64,000 bases of DNA from assembly GCA_000002445.1 (NCBI GenBank), contig CM000208.1, forward strand, positions 1,600,001 through 1,664,000, given 5' to 3'. The translations under genes were made by a program, and so were the position numbers. The DNA is from Trypanosoma brucei (lineage: Eukaryota). This document shows, one piece after another, positions 11,419 to 22,800 of the stretch. A model generated the notes under the pieces. That model saw nothing but the letters and a program-made list of their open reading frames with translations, was not told the DNA's origin and made no database searches. Every line of letters starts with the position of its first letter. Position 1 is the stretch's first letter.

Positions 11419-12315
11419 TCAACATTCCACAGGTTCACAGCTCACATTCTCCTCTATGAGATTCAAATGAGCCTCTTCAGTCGGACGATCCGTGGGATCA
11501 TTTGAGGTCGAAGGCGTCTCCGCACTTTTTTGCTTACATTCCTCTCTGATGTCAATCTCAAACATAAGTCTCTCAGCGTAATCTTCCAACACTTCCTTCT
11601 GTCGTTCCCAGTCATCATTGACGAGATGGCACCTCATCAGCCTGTCAATGTCGCCACGAGCAACGGCGCGTTGCTTAACAGCCTTACGACGACACAAGGC
11701 AACAAAAAAACGAAACACCACCAAAAAAAAACTTAAAGTAAGCAACCCCTGAGACACCGACATTAAAATAGAAATATAACTCTGCACAAACATCAAATCA
11801 GTATTCTGGCCCATGTTCAACTGTACAGTTTTCTCAGCGGAAGGCAGCAAACGGTCCCAAAAAACACCAACTGCAGCTGAATGCAACGACAAAGGCACCC
11901 AAAAAAGAGACATCTCCAATGCAAATACGGTCATCGTAGTTTTGGAGAAGGGAACCACACAGAACATACCAAAGAAAAATGACAGATAACTGGTGACAAC
12001 AGAGTAAAGCAGAATCCAGCCCACCACGTAAAACGACGAAACAAAGCGTGCACAACCCACAAAAATTTTATCACCATCGTCATTCATCTCACATATTTTT
12101 TTTCCACCCTCAAGGTACAGCACAAAGCTTGCTGAAACGTGAACAGCGTTATATCCACTGGTGCCAGGATGCTGGGGCTGAATGATGCCAACATCACGTC
12201 CGCTCACACGGCTCATAACGACAATAAGCTGAAGGATGCACGACGCAAAGAGAAAAGCGAAAGCAACCAGAATATAAATATCACGTGGCACCAGGTGGCA
12301 GAGGTGGAGTGCCAT
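11419..12315 (-). CDS. Hypothetical multi-pass membrane protein
   Basis: 298 aa, ATG verified. It has at least four hydrophobic helices ('ILVAFAFLFASCILQLIVV', 'VVGWILLYSVVTSYLSFFFGMFCVV', 'VFALEMSLFWVPL', 'LLTLSFFLVVFRFFVAL') and an acidic C-terminus. Confidence 0.55.
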   Translation of the reverse strand: MALHLCHLVPRDIYILVAFAFLFASCILQLIVVMSRVSGRDVGIIQPQHPGTSGYNAVHVSASFVLYLEGGKKICEMNDDGDKIFVGCARFVSSFYVVGWILLYSVVTSYLSFFFGMFCVVPFSKTTMTVFALEMSLFWVPLSLHSAAVGVFWDRLLPSAEKTVQLNMGQNTDLMFVQSYISILMSVSQGLLTLSFFLVVFRFFVALCRRKAVKQRAVARGDIDRLMRCHLVNDDWERQKEVLEDYAERLMFEIDIREECKQKSAETPSTSNDPTDRPTEEAHLNLIEENVSCEPVEC

Positions 12316-13829
12316 CTTTCACCCACAAGCAACCACCACTTTACTACACCCACTTGTACCGCTCAACTACTTAAAGGCGGCACACCGACGACACGGCAGA
12401 TTACCCTTCTAAGACACTGGTGCTTCCACCGATGCAACCAAGTCCCTGCTTGAAGGGGAAAAGGGAAAAGGGGGAGAAAATACGGGAGTGACACTCCACT
12501 ATAAATGGGTGCAATTTCCTACAAACTACAGACCATATATGTGAACCCACACAGATGGAAACAATTAGTTGAAATGCTTTCACAGGCACTACCTCAATGC
12601 TCACACCAAGCAAACGTGCAGGAAGCCGGCAGAAACATTGGAAACACTTTCGATGCCATTATCGGATAGAGTGGCTCAAGCGAAGGAAATCAGCACATCA
12701 TCTAGTAGTGCCTAACAAGGAACGAAAATATATATCATGTATTCCCTACGTGGAAAAATCAACGAACCGACAATATTTCACAGCGGAATTAGTTATTAGA
12801 AAAAAGAAAAAAAAAGTGATTTGTGCCAACGGGAAAAAGAAATCTCACAAAGGAAAAATAAGCACGTTCATTCCACACCGACACTACACCCGAGTGTAAC
12901 CATCACAGCACTGTGTGTGAGTGGGATGCTAAAGTCCATAATTAGTTTTACTGTCCTCGCTGAAACTGTAAGCACGTGAAAGCAGAAGTTGCTGATAACC
13001 CTTACGCAAAACCACAATAGCTACGCTCTGGTGCCAAGTAAGGCACGTACATAACAAAACTAATTTAAAGGATATGCGGGGTATCTCCTCAACAAATGGA
13101 GTACTTTATGCCCACCTCGCGGTTTTAGCGGCAGGCAGCACTCATTGACCAAAAAAAAAAAGGAGCTCACATACCAACGCATGGATCATCACTTAAGTTC
13201 GCCCTTTGTCACATCGAATTGTCAAACAACATTACAAGGAGGACAGCACAACACAGCAAAGAAGAACAAAAAAAAATTACCCGCAACACTCACACGCACC
13301 ACGGAATAAATCATCGCTCTTTAAACCAAATATCCTGCATCCGCAAAGAGATAAACAAACAGAAGTAATTAAAAAAAAGGAAAATAAATTCATAAAAAAT
13401 AACGTGGAAGGAGCATCAAGTGGACCAGTTGAGTAGAAACGGAAAAGAGTACCTCACACTCGAGCATACACAACTGTGAAGGGGGACGCACACTCCGCAA
13501 GAGAAACAGCATGCACACACAACATGAGTCAATAAGCACCGACCACAGAATTACGACATCAACCTCTCAGGACAAGCAGCAGCAGTAAAAGATCCGGTAT
13601 ACAAATATACACCAACGAAAGAGAAGATAGATTCACCAAAGAAAGAATAGGAAACGGAGCGGCACTCATCGCAAGGTGTGGTAAGCGGGAAGCGTTACGA
13701 CCAACACACAGTTGGGGACGGTAAGAGAAACTGGAACAACGGCCATGCTACCTTAGCTAACCAATAACTCACTCAAAAAGCGAAAATAGTGACAGACCAC
13801 TATAAGACTAGGAGCGAAATCAACAAAAA

Positions 13830-15851
13830 AAACAGAAAAATATATACATAATGATTGGAAGGCCAAAGACAAAAGACAAGTTGACGCTATCATCCATATC
13901 TACAACAAAATCTCAAACACAGTACCTCCCTCCAAGAGTCTCCCCCCCCCGCGAACCACAGACTCGACAACTCGAATAACCTGGAATTAGAACCCTACTG
14001 AAGCGACAATAATAATGATAATAATTAATTTAAAACACGAGCTGAATAATAATAAATAAATAAATAAATAATGATGACGTTCAATTCTGTGCGGAACATT
14101 ATGACCAGGACAACACCTGCTCAACGCTCTCAGGTTGCCTCAGCATCAATACATGCCGTCCATACCTCCCATACCACCCATGCCTCCCATACCACCTGCA
14201 GCAGGTGCATCATCCTTCGGTAAATCCACAACCGCGGCCTCTGCCGTCATCATGAGGCTGGCAACAGACGCAGCGTCAGTAAGCGCAACACGAACCACAC
14301 GCGCGGGGTCGATTATTCCGGCTTCAAACATGTTCACGTAGCGATCAAGCTGCGCATCGTAACCAACAGCGGCATCAGTGTTCTCGAGCACCTTCTCAAC
14401 AACAACAGCACCTTCCCTTCCAGCATTGGCAACAATGCGGTGGGCGGGCAACCGCACCGCGTTACGGATGATCTGCACGCCAGTCCGTTGATCAGCGGTG
14501 AGTGACTGATCCTGTAGTAATCCGTCCAATGCTTTGCTCGCACGCAGCAACGCAGCGCCACCACCAGGGACAATGCCTTCCTGCACCGCAGCGCGGGTCG
14601 AGCACAGGGCATCTGTGATGCGGTCCTTCTTCTCGTTCACCTCCACCTCAGAAGCACCACCAACGCGGATTACGGCAACGCCACCACTCAGTTTTGCAAG
14701 ACGTTCTTGAAGCTTCTCGCGGTTATAGTCACTCGTCTCGCGCTCAATGAGCCCGCGCAGCAGGTCCACGCGTTCTTTCATCATCGCAACGTCGCCACCA
14801 CCGTTCAACAGTACTGTATCGTCCTTCGTGATTGTTGCCTTCTTCACACTCCCCAAGATGCTGGCGTCGAATTTCTCAGCGTCAAGTTCCACACCACTGC
14901 CTTCCTCACCAACAACGCAGGCACCACTGAAAATGGCGATGTCTTGCAGCATCGCAGCCTTGTTGTCCCCGAAACCTGGAGCCTTCACGCACGCAATCTT
15001 CAGCTTTCCTTGAAGTTTATTGAAAATCATCGTCGTCAGGGCCTCACTCTCCACATCATCCGCAATGATCAGCAATGGTCGCCCACTGCGCACCACGTGA
15101 TTCAACACCGGTAAGATCGTATGAATGTTGTTCAACTTCTTTGCAGACACAAGCACGAACGCATCTTCAAGCTCGGCCTTCTGAGTCTTCGCGTCAGTTA
15201 CGAAGTACGGGCTGATGTAACCGCGGTCCACACTCATGCCTTCCACAACTTCCAGCTCAGTCGTCAATGTCTTCCCATCTTGTGTTGTGATCACGCCATC
15301 CTTCCCCACCTTCTCCATCGCCTCCCCAATCAGCTTGCCGAGTTCAACATCACCGTTCGCGGAAATCGTCGCAACCTGCACAACGTTCTCCGTATTTGTT
15401 ACCGTTCGGCTCTGAGATTCGATGTTCTTCAGGATCACCTCCACGGCGCGGTCCATACCACGCTTCATGTCAATGGGATTCGTCCCGGTTGCAATCGATT
15501 TGATACCCTCGCTAAAGATGCTTGCAACGAGGACAGCCGATGTCGTCGTTCCATCACCCGCGAGGTCATTTGTCTTATTGCACACCTGCCGCACGAGCTG
15601 CGCACCCATGTTCTCAAACGGGTCCTTGAACTCGATCGACTTCGCAACGGTTACACCATCCTTCGTGATCTTCGGAGCACCGTACGATTGCTCGATAATC
15701 ACGTTACGTCCCTTAGGCCCAAGGGTCGTTGCAACAGCCTCCACAGCGCGTTGTACGCCCTTCAGCATAGATTGACGTGCTTCCGTGCCAAAACGGATGT
15801 CTTTGGCACCAAAACGGACGACACAGCGGAACATGTTCGGATCTTATTGTT
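13830..15851. repeat. Left arm of an inverted duplication of about 2.02 kb (HSP60 CDS plus about 330 bp 3' flank plus 17 nt 5' of the ATG)
   Basis: The reverse complement of 13830-15851 matches 44431-46452 base for base where I compared them: the whole CDS (identical 562-aa product) and the flank from 'tgctgaggcaacctgagagcg...' to '...ccaatcattatgtatatatttttctg'. Identity ends 17 nt upstream of the ATG, and about 320 nt past the stop, at a T-run. Confidence 0.9.
14146..15834 (-). CDS. HSP60: Mitochondrial chaperonin HSP60 (GroEL/Cpn60), copy 1
   Basis: 562 aa. N-terminal '[16 protein letters not shown]' presequence, '[13 protein letters not shown]...[17 protein letters not shown]', 'DLAGDGTTT', and C-terminal '(GGM)n' repeat '[16 protein letters not shown]'. 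ATG verified. Confidence 0.96.
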   Translation of the reverse strand: MFRCVVRFGAKDIRFGTEARQSMLKGVQRAVEAVATTLGPKGRNVIIEQSYGAPKITKDGVTVAKSIEFKDPFENMGAQLVRQVCNKTNDLAGDGTTTSAVLVASIFSEGIKSIATGTNPIDMKRGMDRAVEVILKNIESQSRTVTNTENVVQVATISANGDVELGKLIGEAMEKVGKDGVITTQDGKTLTTELEVVEGMSVDRGYISPYFVTDAKTQKAELEDAFVLVSAKKLNNIHTILPVLNHVVRSGRPLLIIADDVESEALTTMIFNKLQGKLKIACVKAPGFGDNKAAMLQDIAIFSGACVVGEEGSGVELDAEKFDASILGSVKKATITKDDTVLLNGGGDVAMMKERVDLLRGLIERETSDYNREKLQERLAKLSGGVAVIRVGGASEVEVNEKKDRITDALCSTRAAVQEGIVPGGGAALLRASKALDGLLQDQSLTADQRTGVQIIRNAVRLPAHRIVANAGREGAVVVEKVLENTDAAVGYDAQLDRYVNMFEAGIIDPARVVRVALTDAASVASLMMTAEAAVVDLPKDDAPAAGGMGGMGGMGGMDGMY

Positions 15852-16855
15852 TTGTGTTCTATGGTAAATATGATAAGAGGGAGGAAGGTAACCGATACCG
15901 GTTTTTTTGTTGTTGTGTCGTGATGTTTCTTGTGATCTTTTTGTTTTCAATGTTGTTTATGTATCTCTTCCAGTGTTTGAACGCCATCAGTCATCGCAAG
16001 CTGTTGTATAGTCAGTTTTGTTAGCTTTTTTTGTTATTGTTGCCTGCTGTGATTCGTTCTTCGTTTTAGTCTTTTAGAGACGAAAAAGGTAATTTTGTAG
16101 GGTTCCCCATATAAAACAAGCATTCTGTTGTTGTTGTTTTTTTGCGGCATGGTACTTCATCTGTACAGTGACCGTGACCTGTTGATCGTTCCTCCTTTCG
16201 TTACCAACAAGCAATGCACGCACTGAAATGTGTGTTATGCAAGAATTCCCTTTGTCTTGTATCTGCTGAGAAATTTTGTTGCGTATTGCTTGCGCACAGG
16301 ACGAAGACGGAACGTGCGAAGCATTTCTTCATGCGTTATGGCACGCAAACATACACTTTGCCGTGGCCTTTTTGTGTTGAGATAGCAACTTCCCCAACCC
16401 CCTCTTTGCTTATCCCTCCTGCCGCTTCTTAGTTTAGTGTTGCCCCTGTAACTTAGCTCTTTCGCCCTTTTCCCTCGTCTAGAACTCAAATCGTCTGGAG
16501 GCCGAGTCACGCTGTAATACAGACTGAATCTCCACTTCCCTGATATTTTGCTTCATTATGGCCCTGAACAAAAAGAAGATCACTCCATCCCACATATCCT
16601 TCCATTTGATCCATTTCCGACCGCGGTGGAATGCAAGTCTTTTGACGCACAACATAAAGGTTAATACTGCTCGTGAGTTTTCAAGATATCTGAATTCGGC
16701 CATAAAACACCACCGCAGAAACTCGCAATGGCTGGATTGACAACCTACACGGAGACGTTACAGTTCAAAGAGGGCATCAGAACAGGGGTGAAATTTGATC
16801 TATGTTCCTCTCCGCCAAGTCCTCGGACTCATTGGTAAAGGCGTCACCTGGGTTT

Positions 16856-19849
16856 CTACCGATGCGAGAACTGTGTCCCGCTGAGCGTGATGAACCCCCG
16901 AACCGTACCCAGGTCCCTTTGTCGTTCGTACCACTTGGCGAGCTCCAGAGACTTAACCCGTGCTGTGTTTACAACCCCGGGGGAAATACCGGCAAGCAGC
17001 GCCACCTCAACGCCATAGCTTCTCGCGCAGATTCCGGGCACAAGGCGATAAAGAAAAGTAATGGTCGGTATATTGCTGTCACTTGCAGCAGAAACGGCAA
17101 AGTCCATGTAACCGAGCTGAACCCCCCCAGTTTCAGATGCTGCTGAGGAAGTGGATTTCTGCATGGACTTGTGCTCCTCCTGCGCGAGCGCGTGGTAGTG
17201 GGTAGAGAAGAGTAGAAGGGGCGGCACTGGGTGCCTTTTCTTCATGGCGGCGAGCATTGCGTGCGCTATTGTGTAGCCGTCGTGCGTAGATGTCCCCCTG
17301 CCGAGTTCATCCACTAAACAAAGACTCCACGGACCGGCAAACCGCACAATCTCGGCTGTCTCACTTAACTCGACATAAAGGGTACTCTGTCCTTTGTGCG
17401 TTGCATCGCGAGCGCCAATCCTTGTGAAAACACGGGTAACGGGCGCCAAGCGCATAGACGTAGCAAACACTGGTCCACCCATTTGGGCTATTATAACATT
17501 CACGGCAACTGTGCGCATCAGCGTACTCTTTCCAGCCATATTCGGTCCGGTCAGCACCAAAATGCGTCCATGTGTAGCGTCAAGATTGACAGTGTTTGGG
17601 ACAGAATCGCTTTTGAGAAATGGATGTCGTAGTTCTTCCGCAAGCAGGTACGCACCGGCGTCACATTCTTGTACAACGGGGTAGCAAGTAGCGACACCAC
17701 TGGTATGTAGCGACGCCAGACTGAGCAAACAATCAAAATAGCAAAGAGCCGCTGTGGCTTCATAAAGGACGGGGAAGTAATTAAATATATGCGAGGCAAT
17801 GTTTCGAACAACAAGTAAGAGGGCATCTGCTTTCTTCGTTTTGGCACGCTTATGCTCCTCTACCAGAGGTTCCAAACCTGCGACTGTATATCTGACACAC
17901 GCTGAAGTACGGGATCGCTCGATGAACCCAGGGGGACATCTCTTAGGTGCCTCCATCAATGGAACCTCAACCAGAAAATTTTCACGACCGATATGAGAGT
18001 AGGTGATTGCAGCACCGTTGAAAATGTTGTCGCGCAGCTCCCCTAAAACTTCATCCAATTTTTTCTCTATGATATCTAAGCACTCCGTAGCTTCGTCGTA
18101 CGCGGGACATGCTCCCTGCGATGGTACAATCACCCCTGACACCTCAGCAGCTTTTCGATCGAAACAGGCCTTGATTGAGGCGACAGCAGGAGCCACTGCG
18201 CCCATGGTTCCCCACAGTTCCTGCAAAAGAGGGGGGGCACACTCCTTTTGGACGTTGTTAGACCAATCCAGCATCTCCTCGAATGCAACAACGGTTGAAA
18301 TAATAAGTTGAAGATGCTTCTTGTACTGCACGAGAGGATCTACGAAGGCTATTTGTTGCGAGTCACCCTTCAAATCGGCCAACCGTGAAAGATTGCGCTC
18401 GAAATCTGTGGCGAAAAGGTTTGTAAATCGAGATTCAAATGTGTTTGTTGTCCTCCCCCGCTTCGATCCACACTGCGTACCACTCGCCTGAGTGAATTCT
18501 TGGGTAGGGCCCTCGGAAGTACGAGTGCTCGAATTAGGGGTGCATATTGGTGTCGTAACATCGGCAGACTCCTCCGTTTTGGCCCAGAGATCATTCAAAT
18601 TATTTTCGATGATAAAGCGTACCGCTTCCTGCCTCGCATTGATAACACGCGGGGACGCGGAAGGTCGCAAAATCCAAGAACGGAAAAGACGCTTTCCACC
18701 GTTGGTGCAACAACGGTTGATCAGATTAAAAAGAGATCCGCGTTCACTATCGTCCCGCAGGTTACCCACGAGTTCAAGATTACTTACTGTCGCGGCATCA
18801 AGAACCAACCCGGGGTCTTCGCGACGTTCGTACCACAGAAGAGTTGAATCGGAGCAACGACTTCGATCATTCGACGGCACACCGCTGGTTACCTGCTGCT
18901 TTAAAAGGTGAAAGTTGTATGGTCGAGCCTCCAAAAGTATAGAGTCAACATTACTCAACTTTAACGATCTAAAATACTGAGCTAAGAAACGACCCGCCTC
19001 CTTTAAGCTCCTCTCCTCAAGGGGGAGTTTGCGAAGTGAGGTACCAACCTCTTCAACCAGTTCAACCTGGAAACCCTCCCCTTCTACCCATTCAAATAGA
19101 CGTCTCCCAAATGATCCCTTGGGCTCCTCACCAGGCGCATCAACAGCCCCACGCGGAATTATTATTTCACGGGGACGGATTTGTTGAAGGAGCGCAGAAA
19201 CTTCATTAAGCACCTCTTCAACAAAGCCTGCGGCGCTCTCCTTGCCATTCGTACCGCAGGGACAGTGGAAAACAACGCGACGGGAAAGATCGACGGCCAT
19301 TCCATCCACACTACCGCTCCCCATTGGATACAGTGCAAGTACGAACACTGCACCATAGCCGCTGATCATCATGGGATCGGTTATGGTGCCAGGGGTAAGT
19401 ATCTCAACTAGCTCTCGTGGCACGACTTTCGGACGAGCATTTTTTGATGACTCCCCTTCCTCCTTCATTTGCTCTACTCGACCCACCTTGTAGCCCCGAA
19501 AAACGAAGAGACGGGCCCATTCACTAAATGTTTGTTCAGGGACGCCTGCAAGCCGCATTTTCCCTCGGTTAGTGGTGTCAACAACTAGCTTCAACCCGAA
19601 CTCACGGTGAGCCATAGCGGCATCTTGGTCGTAAAGCTCATAAAATTTGCCCTTTTTGAAAAAAATTACCACATCGTAGTGCTTTGACTTCACTTCCCAG
19701 TACTGTCGTTCCATGGCAGCCATTGCCTCCAAGTCCCTAGGAGGGATAGTAATAGAAGAGGGCGGTCGCTTCGGATCAATACCCCTTAAAAACGGGTAAG
19801 AAACGTTTTCAGGGCAAATGTCCTCACATTCAAGCGAAACCTCAGGCAT
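16856..19849 (-). CDS. MutS homologue of the MSH6 type (DNA mismatch repair ATPase)
   Basis: 997 aa. The N-terminal mismatch-binding motif 'VVIFFKKGKFYELYDQDA' matches MSH6 'VICYKVGKFYELYHMDA' and retains the Phe-X-Glu mismatch-recognition residues. Walker A 'LTGPNMAGKSTLMRT', 'DELGRGTSTHDG' and 'FSTHYH' of the MutS ABC ATPase are present. Paralogue assignment (MSH6 versus MSH3) is tentative. Confidence 0.85.
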   Translation of the reverse strand: MPEVSLECEDICPENVSYPFLRGIDPKRPPSSITIPPRDLEAMAAMERQYWEVKSKHYDVVIFFKKGKFYELYDQDAAMAHREFGLKLVVDTTNRGKMRLAGVPEQTFSEWARLFVFRGYKVGRVEQMKEEGESSKNARPKVVPRELVEILTPGTITDPMMISGYGAVFVLALYPMGSGSVDGMAVDLSRRVVFHCPCGTNGKESAAGFVEEVLNEVSALLQQIRPREIIIPRGAVDAPGEEPKGSFGRRLFEWVEGEGFQVELVEEVGTSLRKLPLEERSLKEAGRFLAQYFRSLKLSNVDSILLEARPYNFHLLKQQVTSGVPSNDRSRCSDSTLLWYERREDPGLVLDAATVSNLELVGNLRDDSERGSLFNLINRCCTNGGKRLFRSWILRPSASPRVINARQEAVRFIIENNLNDLWAKTEESADVTTPICTPNSSTRTSEGPTQEFTQASGTQCGSKRGRTTNTFESRFTNLFATDFERNLSRLADLKGDSQQIAFVDPLVQYKKHLQLIISTVVAFEEMLDWSNNVQKECAPPLLQELWGTMGAVAPAVASIKACFDRKAAEVSGVIVPSQGACPAYDEATECLDIIEKKLDEVLGELRDNIFNGAAITYSHIGRENFLVEVPLMEAPKRCPPGFIERSRTSACVRYTVAGLEPLVEEHKRAKTKKADALLLVVRNIASHIFNYFPVLYEATAALCYFDCLLSLASLHTSGVATCYPVVQECDAGAYLLAEELRHPFLKSDSVPNTVNLDATHGRILVLTGPNMAGKSTLMRTVAVNVIIAQMGGPVFATSMRLAPVTRVFTRIGARDATHKGQSTLYVELSETAEIVRFAGPWSLCLVDELGRGTSTHDGYTIAHAMLAAMKKRHPVPPLLLFSTHYHALAQEEHKSMQKSTSSAASETGGVQLGYMDFAVSAASDSNIPTITFLYRLVPGICARSYGVEVALLAGISPGVVNTARVKSLELAKWYERQRDLGTVRGFITLSGTQFSHR

Positions 19850-22800
19850 TGGAAAGCGGAACTAGAGATCTCCTCAACTAATTAATTCAGGATACCAAGG
19901 GTCAGATCTCCCTCCAGCACTTAGGCAAGTAAACAAGGAGCGAAAGGCAATACTATCGTAAGTAACACAGGGCACCATGAGGTAAACAAACACGAAAAAA
20001 AGTAGTTGAAAAAATAAACACATATATGCCTTCTGAAACGGTATCCGAATCCTAGCATCCCGTGGTAATAGTTATTATAAGTGTTAGACGTAAAGTGTCA
20101 ACCACGAGGGTAAACGAAGGAAAAGAAACAATAAATAATCACGCTGATGTTTGAATATCATGTCATTCCTCACCACCGTTCCGAAGGTGACAAAAACATG
20201 TATCTGCTACCTCTAACTTGAGACAAAATTGAATATAATCGTAAAGGGTGTACCCGATACATACACGAATAACACTCAGTGTAAAAATTAAAAAATGAAT
20301 AAAACGAGAAGACCTTCGGTAATACCTAAGAAGACAGAACCTGTTTCAAACTCGCTGATTACATCCAACGTCCCTCTTATCCATCAATCCGGCTTGTAGT
20401 GATGACACATTCTAGTAATCAACTGTGAAAATGGGGTGAGATCATGAAAGCAGATGTTCATCCGCTGTTCATTCCGCGAGGATGTTAAACCTACACGGAA
20501 CCTTCCTTAGCTCTCCACACTGGGCACTATGAGGAAAACATGCCGTGCTACCTGTCACTGGAAACCTGTTGCTTCACCAGCAACGATAGACTAAAACGTG
20601 GCCCCAAACCCCCAAAAAGTTAGCGCCAGGACTGAAAGTTCGTACCATTTGCCCCGCAGAGCACATGTGTGCACGAGCGTATTGCCGGTGAGGAAAGAAA
20701 AATCCATAAACGTTTTCAGCAAAACATTGGAGGCCTCGGTTTTCCATGAAATACCATACATACAAGAAACAAGCGAAACGAAAAATAAAACAAAGCACCA
20801 TAGTTGTAGTCATGGATAATGCCCGTAGTTCCTTTTTTTTTTTGAGGAATAAATGAAAACATGTTCAGATTTTTTTGAAGAAAAGGGGGAGTTGCCGACC
20901 CTTAGAAAGCACCAATCAGCTTTTTCTCCTCAAAGGTTCGACATACCGCAAAGAATTGTTCATACGGTGCCCAACATCGGTTCGTATGCACCGCTATGAT
21001 CATTTTCGAATGCAACAACCACTAACGAGTCAACCCATTGCAACAGGGGAAAAGTATAAAAAAAACAAACTACACTATTGCTTCATTCAGAAATAAAAGT
21101 GATTGATGCGGGCACTAAATGTTAGAGGAAAGACTCGCTGAATTTTGTGAGCAGCGAGTCCTCTATTATATTACTACTCATCGATTTTATTATATTTTCC
21201 TTATATAATACAATTTATAAGGGGAGATGTGCCGCCGAATCATTGCATAAGTAAGGGAAGAAATCGAGAGAAAACGCAGTAGCTTCTGCATGTTATGCAG
21301 GACCCTAGACCATGGCTAAGCTAAACTCAAAGAATTAAAAAACAGTTAGAAAACACCGAAAGGCTTGATAACAAGTGAAAACCGCCACGATGCACCGTTT
21401 AGTGATATATCTAAAGTAACAGAGTTGAACAATAACTAGTGACAACGGAAACTGCATGGCCACCTTGAGACAAATATACCATAGCCCAATTTCACGGAAG
21501 AAAAAAGTCGATAGGAGCTAGTGGGCACGAGAGCTGTTGCCCTACGTGCTGGAGAGCAAAGCAATACTGAGCAATCACGTGTCCACAAGAAAATATTATA
21601 ATCAAGGGATAAAGCTCAGCAACCGTTCACCCTTTTGGTGCTTTTTGGGACACACAAAACCGAGGACAAAAGACGCAAAACGGTGAAGAGGTAAATATGT
21701 GCATGGCACATCATAAGCCATCAAAGATAGGCATCCAATACCCAGAGATGCCCCGCGGTTAAATCGGTTCCCAGCTTGTTTTTGTTTTACCGCGACCAGT
21801 TAGTACACCAAAACTTTTTTTCGTTAATTAAAAGAGTACCCCTCCAAACAAAACACTGAACCCATTAACACCAAATCAAAAAAGCCTTAGTGTTTCAAAA
21901 TAAAAAACGCAATATAGCATAAGGGTCAAGGTACAATAAATGGATTGTAAGTGTAAAGATTAAAAGGCAAGGGGGGAAACACGATCGTGGCGTGTAGCAC
22001 TTCCTTAGAAACACATATTGCACCGGTTGCCTCACAGAATGGAAGGAAAAAGATACCAGCACAATCGCACCGATACATACGTACGATGAACCAATTCGTA
22101 GAGCTTAAGTAATTAAAAAATATGAGCAGCTGGTGGCCAGGTTCGGGGAACTCAGCACAACGCATTACCAGGTTCAGCACATCGGGTAGACGGGGGAAGG
22201 GTTGTTTGTCTTCTTCATCAGCGCTGGAGCGGCCTGTCGCCCATACGTGTAACAAACCACAGTCAACAGACTAATGGGATATTGTGTCCACAAACTCTGC
22301 AAAATCGGCTGATATTTACACAGATTGGAAAGCGAAAATTAAAAAAAACCATGTAACCAAAGGAACCTCAACCATCTCTTTCCCCTTCAAAACATTAAAA
22401 TAATTTTCAGCGAGTATAACTAATCCCTTATTCATGAAGAATCGAGCGAAAGGGAAGAATAAATGTTGGAAACAGTGGTTGTGGTAAGCATATCTTCAAC
22501 TTTTCTATCACATAGAAAGGCATTTTAAAACCTTCCAACACGAAATTTTGACAAACATCCTCGCACGTACGGCCAACCCTCCGCAACAACACATGAACGA
22601 TGTTTACACACCTTACATGTATGGTTCCGGGAGTTCACCCTTCCCAGAGCCGCTGTTCGGTGAAAATCAAAAGAGGGCTATTATGTTATCCGTGACGATA
22701 TAAACAAACGCACAAAAGCGCAGTGAATCTCACCTATTTAAGAATAAGTTAAAGCTATGACAAAAATACAATAAGAAAGGGAAAGAGTTGGCTAGTGGAT

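Noticed and set aside
15121-15867. Long antisense ORFs overlapping both HSP60 copies (15121..15867 +, 44394..45161 -, and several shorter ones)
   Set aside because: They lie antisense to a highly conserved gene, and their translations are low-complexity (Arg/Leu/His-rich). They are mirrored in both copies simply because the DNA is duplicated. They are a by-product of GC-rich coding sequence, not genes.
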